From Rikenellaceae bacterium (GTDB lineage: Bacteria; Bacteroidota; Bacteroidia; Bacteroidales; Rikenellaceae), in NCBI GenBank assembly GCA_044433545.1, contig JAWXTO010000001.1:1-45539 (forward strand): DNA of 45,539 nt. Direction: 5' to 3'. The position numbers were made by a program, and so were the translations under genes. The notes beneath the pieces are model-generated. The model was not told the DNA's origin and ran no database searches. It saw only the letters and a list, made by a program, of their open reading frames with translations. This document shows positions 9,056 through 19,558 of the stretch, piece after piece (positions within the stretch are counted from its first letter, which is position 1; each line of letters begins with the position of its first letter).

Positions 9056-9553
9056 TTATTCATCATCATCATTTAGTTTATTTAGGGCACTTGTGATGTC
9101 GTCATATTCAAATCCACGTGACATGGCATATCTGAACAGCTTGCCTTTCAGTTCATAGTCGCTATTTGCTTTGGTGTTACGCTTTTTTTTCTTTAAAAGA
9201 AGCACCAAGTTTTCAATAGAATCTTCATTGTTCATTGCTTCAAGCACATCGTCAATCGTCTCTTTATCAATGCCTTTAGTACGTAAGGCGTTCTTGATTT
9301 TATACTTGCCCCATGAGCTAAAAGTTGACTTGTCCCTCACAAAAGCTTCGGCAAAACGTCTGTCATCTATCCATTTTTCTGAGATTAATCTTTTTAAGAT
9401 TTCTGACTGACTTTGCTCGTCAATTTCCCATCTTGCCATAAGCCTCAGAGCGTCACCGCTACATTTTTCGGACTTTGAGGTTAAGACCATAAGCTTTGTA
9501 AGTGCTGCTTCAGGCGTTACTATGCGTTTTATTTTTGGTTTAAAGAAATTCAT
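9056..9553 (-). CDS. recX: RecX family regulatory protein
   Basis: Size and helical-repeat pattern (DDRRFAEAFVRDK, GKYKIKNALRTKGI). Its ATG overlaps the prmC stop as ATGA. Confidence 0.8.
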   Translation of the reverse strand: MNFFKPKIKRIVTPEAALTKLMVLTSKSEKCSGDALRLMARWEIDEQSQSEILKRLISEKWIDDRRFAEAFVRDKSTFSSWGKYKIKNALRTKGIDKETIDDVLEAMNNEDSIENLVLLLKKKKRNTKANSDYELKGKLFRYAMSRGFEYDDITSALNKLNDDDE

Positions 9554-10398
9554 TTTTCTGCCACTACTATTCTAGGTTTTTCAAACATATCTTTCACAAT
9601 ATGAACGTTTTGGTAACCTTTTGTTGTTAATAAATCGACCATTTCAGCACTAAAATATTCGTTAATTTCAAAATATAGCTTACCGCTCACATTTAGTGCA
9701 TCAAAAGCAAGGTCTGCAATCTTGTTATAGAAAATTAACGGATCATTGTCGTCAACGAATAATGCTAAATGTGGCTCAAAGTTAAGTACGTTATTTTTGA
9801 TTTCAACTTTCTCAGCATTAGTCACATACGGAGGGTTGCTAACGATGATATCATACTTGTTTTCAAGCTTTTCACACTTCAAAATGTCACATTCGACAAA
9901 TTCTACACCAGCTTCTAATTTATGGTTGTTTTCCTTTGCAACTTCTAATGCTTCACGACTTACATCTAAGCCATACACCTCAGAATCAGTGATTTCTAAA
10001 GATAGAGATACACAAATAGCCCCGCTGCCACTACCGATATCCAAAATTTTAGGATTTTGAACCGAATTTTCATTAATAATAAGCCTTACAAGTTCCTCTG
10101 TTTCAGGTCGTGGTATCAGAACATTCTCGTTAACCTTAAATTCTCGACCATAAAATTCTCGTACCCCTAAAATATACTCTATAGGCATGTCATTCAATAG
10201 TTTACCAATGATTTCTAGCTCTTTATCCTCTTCTGAATCAATTATTTCGTCTCCAAAAGCTATTATCTTAGTGCGTGTTAATCCATACAATGCCTCCAAC
10301 ACTAAATAGGATAGCGTAGCGGCTGTATGTTGCTCAAATTTAGGTGTTAAGCTATTGACTATCTGTCTATGTATATCTTTAATTTGTCTTTTCATCAT
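9550..10398 (-). CDS. prmC: release factor glutamine N5-methyltransferase
   Basis: SAM-binding motif ILDIGSGSG and the NPPY motif (VSNPPYV). Confidence 0.9.
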   Translation of the reverse strand: MMKRQIKDIHRQIVNSLTPKFEQHTAATLSYLVLEALYGLTRTKIIAFGDEIIDSEEDKELEIIGKLLNDMPIEYILGVREFYGREFKVNENVLIPRPETEELVRLIINENSVQNPKILDIGSGSGAICVSLSLEITDSEVYGLDVSREALEVAKENNHKLEAGVEFVECDILKCEKLENKYDIIVSNPPYVTNAEKVEIKNNVLNFEPHLALFVDDNDPLIFYNKIADLAFDALNVSGKLYFEINEYFSAEMVDLLTTKGYQNVHIVKDMFEKPRIVVAEK

Positions 10399-10414
10399 AT
10401 TTTATTTATCTTTA

Positions 10415-10422
10415 CAAAGATA
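10415..10422 (-). promoter_or_regulatory. candidate -7 box TATCTTTG (minus strand) upstream of prmC
   Basis: The plus strand reads CAAAGATA, about 17 nt upstream of the start codon. Confidence 0.4.
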
Positions 10423-10439
10423 CAAATTAATTCAAAGAA

Positions 10440-11522
10440 ATGACAACAGACGAAAAATATATGAGCTATGCTCTCCAGCTTGCAAAACGAGGAGGAATAG
10501 GTGTTTTGACGAATCCAAACGTCGGATCTGTAGTAGTTTACGGTGATAGAATCATAGGTGAAGGCTACCACAGACAATACGGAAAGGCGCATGCTGAGGT
10601 GAATGCTATAGACAGCGTAAAAGATGAGGATAGACAATTTTTGTCAGAGTCTACAATCTATGTAAATCTTGAACCTTGTTGCCATACAGGGAAAACTCCG
10701 CCTTGCACTCAAAAAATTATTGATAATGGGCTAAAGAGAGTAGTGATTGGCATGCAAGACCCTTTCCCTCAAGTAAATGGCGAGGGTATTGCTATCTTGA
10801 GAAATGCAGGAATTGATGTCACTGTAGGTGTTTTAGAACAAGAATGTATAGATTTAAATAAGGATTTTATCACTTATAATGCTCAAAAACGACCTTATAT
10901 TATATTAAAATGGGCACAAACTTTAGACGGATTTATAGATAGTGACAGAAGTGCCGAAGTGCAACCTGCGTGGCTGACTGGAGAAAGGTGTAAACAGTTG
11001 GTTCATAAGTGGAGAAGCGAAATTAATGGAATTATGGTTGGAAGTTCGACCATAGAAAAGGATAATCCGAGATTGAACACACGAGAATGGAGTGGAAAGT
11101 CACCTATAAAAATTACTATTGATAGAAAAGGAAAATTAGATGAAAAAGGGGCGTTTTTTATGCCAGATGCTAAGAAAATTATCTTTACAGAGCTTGAAAA
11201 AGAGTCAAAAAACGATGAAATAGAGTATATTCAAGTCGATTTCGTAGATAAAAACGCCTTAAAAGTGGTAATGGAACACCTTTACAAGGCAAAAATTAAG
11301 GTTTTGATGGTCGAAGGAGGCACAAAGTTGGTAAATTTATTGATTGAGAACAACCTCTTCGATGAAGCTCGAATTTTTACGTCTCCAATTATGGTTTCAG
11401 AGTTGGAAGGAGGCGAAAAAATGAAAGGCATAAAAGCTCCGACAGTTCCTTCACCAAGTCGAAAAGAATTTACGACTATAGGTGACGTTACTTTGAAAAC
11501 TTGTTATTATAAAAATTTCTAA
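10440..11522 (+). CDS. ribD: bifunctional riboflavin biosynthesis deaminase/reductase
   Basis: Deaminase motifs HAEVNA and PCCHTGKTPPC, plus a C-terminal reductase domain. Confidence 0.93.
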   Translation: MTTDEKYMSYALQLAKRGGIGVLTNPNVGSVVVYGDRIIGEGYHRQYGKAHAEVNAIDSVKDEDRQFLSESTIYVNLEPCCHTGKTPPCTQKIIDNGLKRVVIGMQDPFPQVNGEGIAILRNAGIDVTVGVLEQECIDLNKDFITYNAQKRPYIILKWAQTLDGFIDSDRSAEVQPAWLTGERCKQLVHKWRSEINGIMVGSSTIEKDNPRLNTREWSGKSPIKITIDRKGKLDEKGAFFMPDAKKIIFTELEKESKNDEIEYIQVDFVDKNALKVVMEHLYKAKIKVLMVEGGTKLVNLLIENNLFDEARIFTSPIMVSELEGGEKMKGIKAPTVPSPSRKEFTTIGDVTLKTCYYKNF

Positions 11523-11534
11523 TATAAAATGAAT

Positions 11535-11573
11535 TGCCCTCTAAAAGTTTTTTTGTCTAACTTTTAAGGGGCA
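11535..11573. terminator. terminator hairpin between convergent ribD and apbE
   Basis: Arms TGCCCTCTAAAAGTT / AACTTTTAAGGGGCA match at 13 of 15 positions. Confidence 0.6.
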
Positions 11574-11595
11574 CTTTTGTTTTCAGAATACCTGT

Positions 11596-12612
11596 TTATT
11601 CTCCTTTATAGATTTTAGTCGCTAAATTCGGTGTTGTAAACGTTTTTATAGAATCACCTTCGCTATAAACTAACAGTCCATACAGTGTCGAATCTGCTTT
11701 TAATATTTCTATAGCTTTTTCTGTGCCCAAAACCATACATGCTGTAGCATAGCCATCTGCAAGTGTTGCATTATCTGCTAAGATTGTAGCAGATAGCAAA
11801 TTATGTGTTGCGCTAAGTCCCGTTTTAGGGTTTATGGTGTGGTTTATTCTATTTCCGTTATCGTCAAGATAGAATTTGCGATAGTTTCCGCTTGTTGCAA
11901 GCCCTAAACCATCTAATTCTATGATTTCTTGAAATTCATCAGTGTGATCTAAGTTCCCATCTATAGGTTTATCTATCCCTACACGCCAGATGTTCCCTTT
12001 TTGGTTTCTTCCACGAGCAAAAAGTTCACCGCCTATCTCTACTATATAATTTTCTATGCCTTTTTTCTCAAAATATTGAGCTACTAGGTCTACACTATAT
12101 CCTTGTGCAATAGAATTTAAGTCTATTTGCACACGCTCATCACTTTTAATAACCTTATTTCCGTCAATTTCTATCTTTTCAAAGCCTATAAACTGTTTTA
12201 ACGAGTCAACATTGACCTCGCCACCTTTCTCTTTTCTCACGAAGCCATACTCTTCAACAAGAGGCTTAACCGTCACATCAAAAAGAGAGTCACTTTTCAC
12301 AAAAATATCTTTTGCAACGTCTAAACAGTATGCGATATATTTGTCAATAGTGTCGCTTTCATTATTGTTTACTTTAGAAAGCAGCGATTCAGTGTTATAT
12401 ATCGAACACGAGAAATCAAAAGCCTGTAGTAGAGAGTCAATTTCTGTATTTGTAACTTTTTCTTCGCTATCTAAGTAGGTGATATTATAAAAAGTGCCTT
12501 GTGCTGTGCCCTGAATCATAAACTTCTGAGCCCCTTCTTCTTTATTTAACATCATAATAATCACCGCAATGGCAAGGATTATTATCATAAATAGCTTCTT
12601 AATGTTTTTCAT
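11596..12612 (-). CDS. apbE: FAD:protein FMN transferase (ApbE family)
   Basis: Family-typical length and segments (DVTVKPL, SIAQGYSVD, GLATSGNY, ADGYATA). Confidence 0.85.
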   Translation of the reverse strand: MKNIKKLFMIIILAIAVIIMMLNKEEGAQKFMIQGTAQGTFYNITYLDSEEKVTNTEIDSLLQAFDFSCSIYNTESLLSKVNNNESDTIDKYIAYCLDVAKDIFVKSDSLFDVTVKPLVEEYGFVRKEKGGEVNVDSLKQFIGFEKIEIDGNKVIKSDERVQIDLNSIAQGYSVDLVAQYFEKKGIENYIVEIGGELFARGRNQKGNIWRVGIDKPIDGNLDHTDEFQEIIELDGLGLATSGNYRKFYLDDNGNRINHTINPKTGLSATHNLLSATILADNATLADGYATACMVLGTEKAIEILKADSTLYGLLVYSEGDSIKTFTTPNLATKIYKGE

Positions 12613-12651
12613 AACAAATTTAAAGTATTATTAATTCGTGTAATCTAAGCC

Positions 12652-13110
12652 CTAAACCTTCATAGCTCTATCCATCTCACGTTTAGCGTCTTTTTCTTTA
12701 AGATATTCACGTTTATCATAAGATTTACGCCCTTTACAAACACCTACTACGACTTTTGCCAAGCCTTTTTCGTTAATAAACAGTTTTAGTCCTACTGCTG
12801 TTACGCCTTTATCCTGTAAAGCACGAATTATTTTATTAATTTCGGCTCTATTTAACAATAATTTTCTGTCACGCTTCGGAGCGTGGTTGTTATAAGTACC
12901 CCAATAATATTCGGCGATATTCATGCCTCTAATAAAAAGTTCGTCACGATGAACATAACAAAAACAATCGACCAACGATGCTTTTCCTTGTCTTAGAGAC
13001 TTAATTTCTGTGCCCGTAAGCACAATTCCAGCAACATACGTATCAATTACCTCGTAATCAAATGTCGCACGCCTATTTTTTATAACTATATCTTTTCTTA
13101 CTTCTGCCAT
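12652..13110 (-). CDS. smpB: SsrA-binding protein
   Basis: [20 protein letters not shown] and a basic C-terminal tail. Confidence 0.95.
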   Translation of the reverse strand: MAEVRKDIVIKNRRATFDYEVIDTYVAGIVLTGTEIKSLRQGKASLVDCFCYVHRDELFIRGMNIAEYYWGTYNNHAPKRDRKLLLNRAEINKIIRALQDKGVTAVGLKLFINEKGLAKVVVGVCKGRKSYDKREYLKEKDAKREMDRAMKV

Positions 13111-13149
13111 AATGTCTAATCTATGTAATTATTCTGCAAAGATATTAAA

Positions 13150-14979
13150 TTATTCCTGCCTTAGCGTAATAAACATCTCGCATTTTCTACAGTCGAAATT
13201 AAGATTAAATTTTCGACCGTTATTTTCTATGTACAACTCTTTATATTTGCCGCCCTCTTTTAAGCATTCGCCAATTTCCTTTCTCAAGCAATATTTCATT
13301 CTCATAAGCTCTTTTTCGGCAAAATCTTTCGATATTTCAAGCCCTGTTTCGATGTTCTCAACTCCACATTTCTCAAAAAACTGACGTGAAAGTCTATTTG
13401 TCACATTCATTTTGTAGTCAACAGACTCGTCATAGAATTTAGGATAACAAATCTCTGTTTTTCGCTCACTAGGCACATACCCCTCTTTACATTTATCCTC
13501 TAATTGTTCGTAAAAGCTACGGCGAATTTCATTTATTAATTTTGCAGGAATAAACTTAACTTCTCCAGAAATGTCAATTCGTTTTACAGCAAACGGAGTG
13601 TCTCCAGTTTTCATAAAACTTGCTTTTATAGATTCTACAGCTCTTTCAACATTAGAAGCAGCTTCAAACTTATCTTCAAGTTCGACACCAAACTTAATTC
13701 CATTAACACACCTAGCTTCAACCCCAAAAACACCTTTTTTGAAACGAACGTTTATTTCTACGTCCATAGACCTCTTTGTCTTAGCACGTAAAACCTCATC
13801 AGAAAAGCTCTTGTCATGGTTTCTGTATATTTCTGTGCCTGCAAGAGAGTCTATTTCTTTATTCAATACGATAACATCCCCCTCGACCTTGTTAATTAAT
13901 GCGCCACACATTTCACCTTCAGAATTTAAATAACAAATTCCGTCTCCTCCGACACCACTAACTATTCTGTCTAGGGTTACACGATCTTTTTTTATAGATT
14001 TTATCTTCGCAAAAAATTCACCTATAGGTTTCGCACTTTTAAAATTGGCAAGTTTATGACTTTGTTTGCCTTTTATGAAATAGTTTGTAAATCCTCTAGT
14101 AAAAGACTTCTTCAACTGAGGCTCAAACACTTCTATAGATGTCCCGTAAGAGGCACGACAATAGTCTCCTCCCTTTTTATTTAAACGAACAATCTCTTTA
14201 TTCAAAAGCGAATTAAAATAACTCACACTATTTCTAATATAAGTCTCATCTTTTAACCGACCCTCAATTTTAAACGACACAACTCCCTCTGTAATTAAAT
14301 CAGCGATAGAATTGTCTAAATTTAAATCTTTTACGGACAACAAATGACCTCCTTCTATCAACAGTCTGTCTCTTTCATTATAAAGATTATATTTCGAGCG
14401 ACAAGGTTGTGCACACACTCCTCTATTTCCGCTTCTCGAAGCTACAGCCTCACTCATATAGCACTGACCGCTATAAGAAACACATATCGCACCAAAAATA
14501 AACGCTTCAATTTCGACATCACATTCACTTTTTATCGCCCTTATATCGCTTAAAGAGTGAGCACGTTCAAGAATTACCCTTTCAAAGCCTACATCCTGCA
14601 AAAATTTCACTTTCTGAGGCGTAAGAGCAGCTGTTTGTGTCGAAGCATGAAGAACTATAGGCGGAATATCCATCTCACATATAGCCATATCCTGAATAAT
14701 CAAAGCATCAACATCAATTTCGTATAGTTTAGCTATTAATTCTTCAGCTTTCTTAATTTCGCCGTCATATATTATCGTATTAAACGCCACATAAACCTTT
14801 ACACCATAGATATGAGCATATTTTACCAGACGCTCAATGTCTTCTAGTGTGTTTGAAGCAGCATTTCGTGCTCCGAACATCTCAGAACCTATATACAAAG
14901 CGTCTGCACCGCATTTTATAGCCTCAACTCCTAATTCATAATTTTTAGCTGGTGCCAATAGCTCTAATTTTGTACTCAT
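13150..14979 (-). CDS. U32 family peptidase-like protein
   Basis: N-terminal ELLAPAKN...GADALYIG and HASTQ motifs, with a long C-terminal extension. Confidence 0.88.
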   Translation of the reverse strand: MSTKLELLAPAKNYELGVEAIKCGADALYIGSEMFGARNAASNTLEDIERLVKYAHIYGVKVYVAFNTIIYDGEIKKAEELIAKLYEIDVDALIIQDMAICEMDIPPIVLHASTQTAALTPQKVKFLQDVGFERVILERAHSLSDIRAIKSECDVEIEAFIFGAICVSYSGQCYMSEAVASRSGNRGVCAQPCRSKYNLYNERDRLLIEGGHLLSVKDLNLDNSIADLITEGVVSFKIEGRLKDETYIRNSVSYFNSLLNKEIVRLNKKGGDYCRASYGTSIEVFEPQLKKSFTRGFTNYFIKGKQSHKLANFKSAKPIGEFFAKIKSIKKDRVTLDRIVSGVGGDGICYLNSEGEMCGALINKVEGDVIVLNKEIDSLAGTEIYRNHDKSFSDEVLRAKTKRSMDVEINVRFKKGVFGVEARCVNGIKFGVELEDKFEAASNVERAVESIKASFMKTGDTPFAVKRIDISGEVKFIPAKLINEIRRSFYEQLEDKCKEGYVPSERKTEICYPKFYDESVDYKMNVTNRLSRQFFEKCGVENIETGLEISKDFAEKELMRMKYCLRKEIGECLKEGGKYKELYIENNGRKFNLNFDCRKCEMFITLRQE

Positions 14980-15032
14980 ATCTTATTTAAATGTTATTAT
15001 AATTTATTAAACGCTCTTATTCCCCTTTAGGA

Positions 15033-15617
15033 CTACTCTGTCAAGTTATTCAAAAACTCTACTAACTTAGCAACAGCTCTACCACGATGTGAAATTCTGT
15101 TTTTTTCTTCACTAGACATTTGTGCAAAGCTAATATCATATCCGTTAGGAACAAAAATTGGATCATATCCGAAACCTTCATCACCCATTTTTTTAGTAGT
15201 TATCACACCCTCGACAATTCCTTCAAATAAATGTTCCTTGCCATCAATTATCAATGAAATTACGGTTTTGAAACGAGCATTACGGTTATCTTTTCCCTCT
15301 AAATTTTTTATTAAAAGAGCCATATTGTCATTAGAGTCTTTTTGTTCTCCTGCATAACGAGCAGAATATACTCCTGGAGCACCATTTAACGATTCAACCT
15401 CTAAACCTGTATCGTCAGCAAAACAATTAACTCCTAATTTGTCAAAAATATAGTTGCTTTTTTGTGAAGCATTTCCTTCTATAGTGTCAGACGTTTCAGG
15501 GATATCCTCTGTGATGCCGTGACTTACGGGAGTCGAAAGTTCATATCCATCTTTTAACATTTGAGAAACTTCTCTTAACTTGTTTTCGTTATTTGTTGCA
15601 AATATAATCTTTTTCAT
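15033..15617 (-). CDS. rdgB: non-canonical purine NTP pyrophosphatase (RdgB/HAM1)
   Basis: IIFATNNENKLRE and FGYDPIF motifs. Confidence 0.9.
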   Translation of the reverse strand: MKKIIFATNNENKLREVSQMLKDGYELSTPVSHGITEDIPETSDTIEGNASQKSNYIFDKLGVNCFADDTGLEVESLNGAPGVYSARYAGEQKDSNDNMALLIKNLEGKDNRNARFKTVISLIIDGKEHLFEGIVEGVITTKKMGDEGFGYDPIFVPNGYDISFAQMSSEEKNRISHRGRAVAKLVEFLNNLTE

Positions 15618-15656
15618 ATCTTGTTTTTGTTAATTTTATTCTTGTTTTATATAATT

Positions 15657-17486
15657 CTAGCTTTCCTTTACAAAATCTTCTTTAAAATAGTCAAATAATT
15701 TATCTGTTCGTGACTTCCCTAACAATTTAAGCACATCTTCATATTTTGCCTTCTTAATTTTTGCTACACTTCCATAAACTTTTAACAACATCTTTACACT
15801 TTTTTCACCTAAGCCAGGAATGTTGTCAATTTCACTTTTTATGAAGCCTTTAGAACGCTGATTTCGGTGAAATGTGATGCCAAAACGGTGAGCTTCGTCT
15901 CGAATATACATCAAAACCTTTAAAGTTTCAGAACTTTTATCGAGATAATGAGGTGTAGAATCTAAAGGATAAAAAACCTCTTCTAAACGTTTCGCAAGAC
16001 CTATAATTTCTACTTTCCCAGCTATTTTAAGCTCTTTCAGCACCTCATAAGCACTACTTAATTGTCCTTTACCACCGTCTACGACTATTAAATCTGGCAA
16101 TTTCTCGCCTTCTTCTATCATTCTCGAATAACGCCTCATTAAGGTCTCTTTCATAGACGCAAAGTCGTCAATTCCGACTACTGATTTAATGTTAAAGTGG
16201 CGATAATCCTTTTTTGAAGGCTTCCCATCTCGAAAAACAACACAGCTAGAAACAGGATATGCCCCTTGTATGTTAGAGTTGTCAAAACATTCAATATGAC
16301 GAGGTTCACGAGACAACATTAAATCTTTTTGCATCTTTGACATCACTCTGTCAACATGTTTCTCAGGATTTAGCTTTTCTAGTTGTTTTAACTTCTCAAT
16401 TTTGAACATTTTACAGTTCTTTTCACTAAGTTCAAGTAGCTTTAATTTGTCGCCACGTTGTGGAACTGTGAATGTCACATTTTGAAAGCCATTTTCAAAA
16501 TAAGGCTTTATCGGCACGACAATTTCACGTGCTGGTCGCTTGTCAAGATTAGCATAAACCTGTATAATCGCAAAGCTAAGTATATCCTCTAGGCTCTCTT
16601 CAATAGAAAGCTTCATTTCTACGGTATAAGAATTAACAATTGCCCCTCCCTCAATGTGCATATAGTTACAAAAAGCAACATTTTCGTCTTTTATAACATA
16701 AAAAACATCTAACGAGCTGTAAGTTGAAGAAACAACAACCGAACGGCTTTCATAATTTGTCAACATATCTAGCCTATCTTTCAACGCCTGCGCCTCTTCA
16801 AATTGTAGCCTCTCAGCGGCACTAGTCATCTCTGAGATTAAATATTCTCTAGCCTCTTTTAAATTTCCCCTCAAAATTGAGCGAGCCATTGTTATGTTTT
16901 TAAGGTAATCTTCACGACTTTGATTCCCTACACAGGGAGCTTTACAATTTTTGATGTGGTATTCTAAACAGACTCCAAACTTTGAATTTTCTACGCCTTT
17001 TTCTGTTAATGAAAGGTTACATGTTCTAATTCTATAAAGCTTGCGCACCAAATCTAACATTGTTTTTTGCATAAACACAGAAGAATAAGGCCCAAAATAT
17101 GTAGAGCCGTCTTTTATGACCTTTCGTGTTTGTAGAATGCGAGGATAAGGTTCGTTTTTTATTATTATCCAAGGATAAGTCTTATCGTCTTTTAGAAGTA
17201 TGTTATATTTTGGCTGTAAAGACTTTATCATGCTATTTTCAAGCAACAAAGCATCACTTTCACTCTCTACAACCACATATTTTATGTCTTTAATGTGACG
17301 TACAAGAGCTGCAACTTTACGATTTTCAACGTTCGCTTTAAAATATGAAGACACCCTCTTTTTTAGGTTTTTTGCCTTGCCTACATAAATAACAACCTCA
17401 TTGCTATCTAAGAATCTGTACACTCCAGGATTGTTAGGTAGCAATGAAAGTTGTATTTTTAAATTTTCAGGTGTATCTTTTGACAT
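15657..17486 (-). CDS. uvrC: excinuclease ABC subunit C
   Basis: GIY-YIG N-terminus (GVYRF...VIYVGKAKNLKKR) and a C-terminal HhH region. Confidence 0.95.
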   Translation of the reverse strand: MSKDTPENLKIQLSLLPNNPGVYRFLDSNEVVIYVGKAKNLKKRVSSYFKANVENRKVAALVRHIKDIKYVVVESESDALLLENSMIKSLQPKYNILLKDDKTYPWIIIKNEPYPRILQTRKVIKDGSTYFGPYSSVFMQKTMLDLVRKLYRIRTCNLSLTEKGVENSKFGVCLEYHIKNCKAPCVGNQSREDYLKNITMARSILRGNLKEAREYLISEMTSAAERLQFEEAQALKDRLDMLTNYESRSVVVSSTYSSLDVFYVIKDENVAFCNYMHIEGGAIVNSYTVEMKLSIEESLEDILSFAIIQVYANLDKRPAREIVVPIKPYFENGFQNVTFTVPQRGDKLKLLELSEKNCKMFKIEKLKQLEKLNPEKHVDRVMSKMQKDLMLSREPRHIECFDNSNIQGAYPVSSCVVFRDGKPSKKDYRHFNIKSVVGIDDFASMKETLMRRYSRMIEEGEKLPDLIVVDGGKGQLSSAYEVLKELKIAGKVEIIGLAKRLEEVFYPLDSTPHYLDKSSETLKVLMYIRDEAHRFGITFHRNQRSKGFIKSEIDNIPGLGEKSVKMLLKVYGSVAKIKKAKYEDVLKLLGKSRTDKLFDYFKEDFVKES

Positions 17487-17510
17487 TTTTGTATTTTGCC
17501 GTGAAATAAA

Positions 17511-18599
17511 TTACCGCACTCTTATTTTTTGTTTTAATTTAAGAGTTGTTTTAGGTGTCAGACCATTATTTAACTGACATATCTTAGAAACTGTAGTTCC
17601 ATATTTTTTAGCTATAGCACCTAAGGTGTTTCCTTTCACTATAGTGTGATAAACTGCTGCTGCAATTTTTTCTTCCTCCTCCGCTTTTACTGCCGTCTTA
17701 GAACCAGTGGTTTCTGTTACGTTTTCACCGACATTTTCAGCTAGTGAGGCAATGTGCGAAGGCCTTGTATTAGAAGCATAAATTTTTGTGCCCTTTTTGT
17801 ATATATACAAATCGCCTTTTTGAATCGTATTATTGTGCACATCTATCAAAGCATTAGGATTAACATATTGACCTGCAACCCTTACCTCAAAGTGTATATG
17901 TTCTGTTGTTGCTCGACCTGTACGACCTACTTTAGCGATAACATCTCCGCTAGCCACCTCATCACCAACTTTTACAAGGTTCTTCGTGTTATGCGCATAC
18001 ACGGTTTCTAGCCCATTATAGTGTCTAACGACCACTATATTCCCATAAGCACTATAATATTTAGCCATTCTGACCACTCCATCAAAAGCCGAAAGCACAT
18101 CCGTGTTTTTTGGGGCTTTAATGTCTACACCAGAGTGCATTCTTCCACTACGAATGCCATAATTTGAAATAAATTTACCCTCTGGCAGCGGATAAGTAAA
18201 CCCTTTTCCTAGACTTTCAAGGTCAAAATGAATGTAATCCTTCCCTTGTAAAGGGTCATAGTCTTTTGCACTAGAAACATGCACCGAATTGCTCCCATCA
18301 AGCAAGTCTCCATCTTCAAATGTGTACTCATTGAACAGCTCGTCGAGGCTATGATATTCATCACTAACCTCTACACTATCAACAATTTCATTCCAATTAC
18401 GTTCACTGTTAGCAAGTTCCGAAGAACTCACCTCTAGCTCTGTAATTTTCACGTCATTTGTTGACAAAGGGATAGGCTCTTCAACATATTGTTCTTGACG
18501 TTCGCTCTTCGTAAGCCCTTGAAGCTTCGCACACGAATTTAACAAAAACACACACGCCAAAAACGCTATTATCTTAATATACATTGTTTTTAAAGGCAC
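17511..18599 (-). CDS. M23 family metallopeptidase lipoprotein with C-terminal LysM domain
   Basis: Lipobox LNSC, the HSGVDI and EHIHFEV motifs, and LysM (YHTIVKGNTLGAIAKKYG). Confidence 0.9.
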   Translation of the reverse strand: MPLKTMYIKIIAFLACVFLLNSCAKLQGLTKSERQEQYVEEPIPLSTNDVKITELEVSSSELANSERNWNEIVDSVEVSDEYHSLDELFNEYTFEDGDLLDGSNSVHVSSAKDYDPLQGKDYIHFDLESLGKGFTYPLPEGKFISNYGIRSGRMHSGVDIKAPKNTDVLSAFDGVVRMAKYYSAYGNIVVVRHYNGLETVYAHNTKNLVKVGDEVASGDVIAKVGRTGRATTEHIHFEVRVAGQYVNPNALIDVHNNTIQKGDLYIYKKGTKIYASNTRPSHIASLAENVGENVTETTGSKTAVKAEEEEKIAAAVYHTIVKGNTLGAIAKKYGTTVSKICQLNNGLTPKTTLKLKQKIRVR

Positions 18600-18600
18600 T

Positions 18601-19533
18601 CTAATTTTGACTTAACATAAAACGTTCACAATCTAATGCAGCAATACAACCGCTACCCGCAGCAGTAATAGCCTGACGATAATGAGGGTCTTTCACATCT
18701 CCAGCAGCAAAAACACCCTCAACATTAGTTTTTGAGCAATTAGCAGCTGTTTTTATGTAACCTTCACTATCTAGTTCTAAATAATCTTTAAACACCTCGC
18801 TATTAGGGTGGTGGCCAATAGCTAAGAACATGCCATCTACAGTAATTTCTCGTATTGAGCCATCATTTCCAACTAACAACATGCCTGTAACTCCGTTGTC
18901 ATCTCCTAATACCTCTTTTGTGTTATGTTCAAAGATAACTTCTATGTTTTCTGTGTTAAATACACGTTCTTGCATAGCTTTTGAAGCTCTTAAATAGTCT
19001 TTACGCACAATAAGATAGACTTTTTTACATAAAGATGCAAGATAAGTAGCCTCTTCACACGCTGTGTCACCTCCACCAACAACTGCAACATCTTTTTTAC
19101 GATAAAAGAAGCCATCACATGTTGCACATGCACTAACGCCCATGCCTCTGAACTTTTGTTCTGAAGGAAGACCTAGATATTTCGCTGTAGCACCTGTAGA
19201 AATAATAACACTTTCGGCTATAATTTCATGACTATCATCAACAATTACCTTAAAAGGACGACTCGAAAAATCTACTTTCGTAACAATACCAAAACGACTT
19301 TCAGCACCAAAACGTTCAGCCTGTTTTTTAAGGTCTGCCATCATTGCAACACCTGTAACACCTTCTGGATAACCTGGGAAGTTGTCAATTTCTGTAGTTG
19401 TTGTAAGCTGTCCACCAGGCTCTAATCCTTCATAAAGGATAGGTTGAAGATTTGCTCTTGAAGTGTATATTGCAGCTGTGTAGCCAGCTGGGCCACTACC
19501 TATGATAAGGCATTTTGTATTTTCAGTTGTCAT
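18601..19533 (-). CDS. trxB: thioredoxin-disulfide reductase
   Basis: GSGPAG FAD motif and the redox centre CATCDG. Confidence 0.95.
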   Translation of the reverse strand: MTTENTKCLIIGSGPAGYTAAIYTSRANLQPILYEGLEPGGQLTTTTEIDNFPGYPEGVTGVAMMADLKKQAERFGAESRFGIVTKVDFSSRPFKVIVDDSHEIIAESVIISTGATAKYLGLPSEQKFRGMGVSACATCDGFFYRKKDVAVVGGGDTACEEATYLASLCKKVYLIVRKDYLRASKAMQERVFNTENIEVIFEHNTKEVLGDDNGVTGMLLVGNDGSIREITVDGMFLAIGHHPNSEVFKDYLELDSEGYIKTAANCSKTNVEGVFAAGDVKDPHYRQAITAAGSGCIAALDCERFMLSQN

Positions 19534-19558
19534 TTTAAGTATATTTTATTTAATCAAT

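Noticed and set aside
13112-14553. Plus-strand ORFs (13112-13384, 13571-13933, 14344-14553) opposite the U32 peptidase gene, and similar antisense ORFs across the window (for example 1629-1829, 2196-2486, 9746-10060, 12212-12478, 21646-21924, 22822-23151, 28992-29270, 40025-40741)
   Set aside because: All lie fully inside longer motif-supported genes on the other strand and encode S/L/F-rich low-information peptides. These are typical shadow ORFs of AT-rich genomes.
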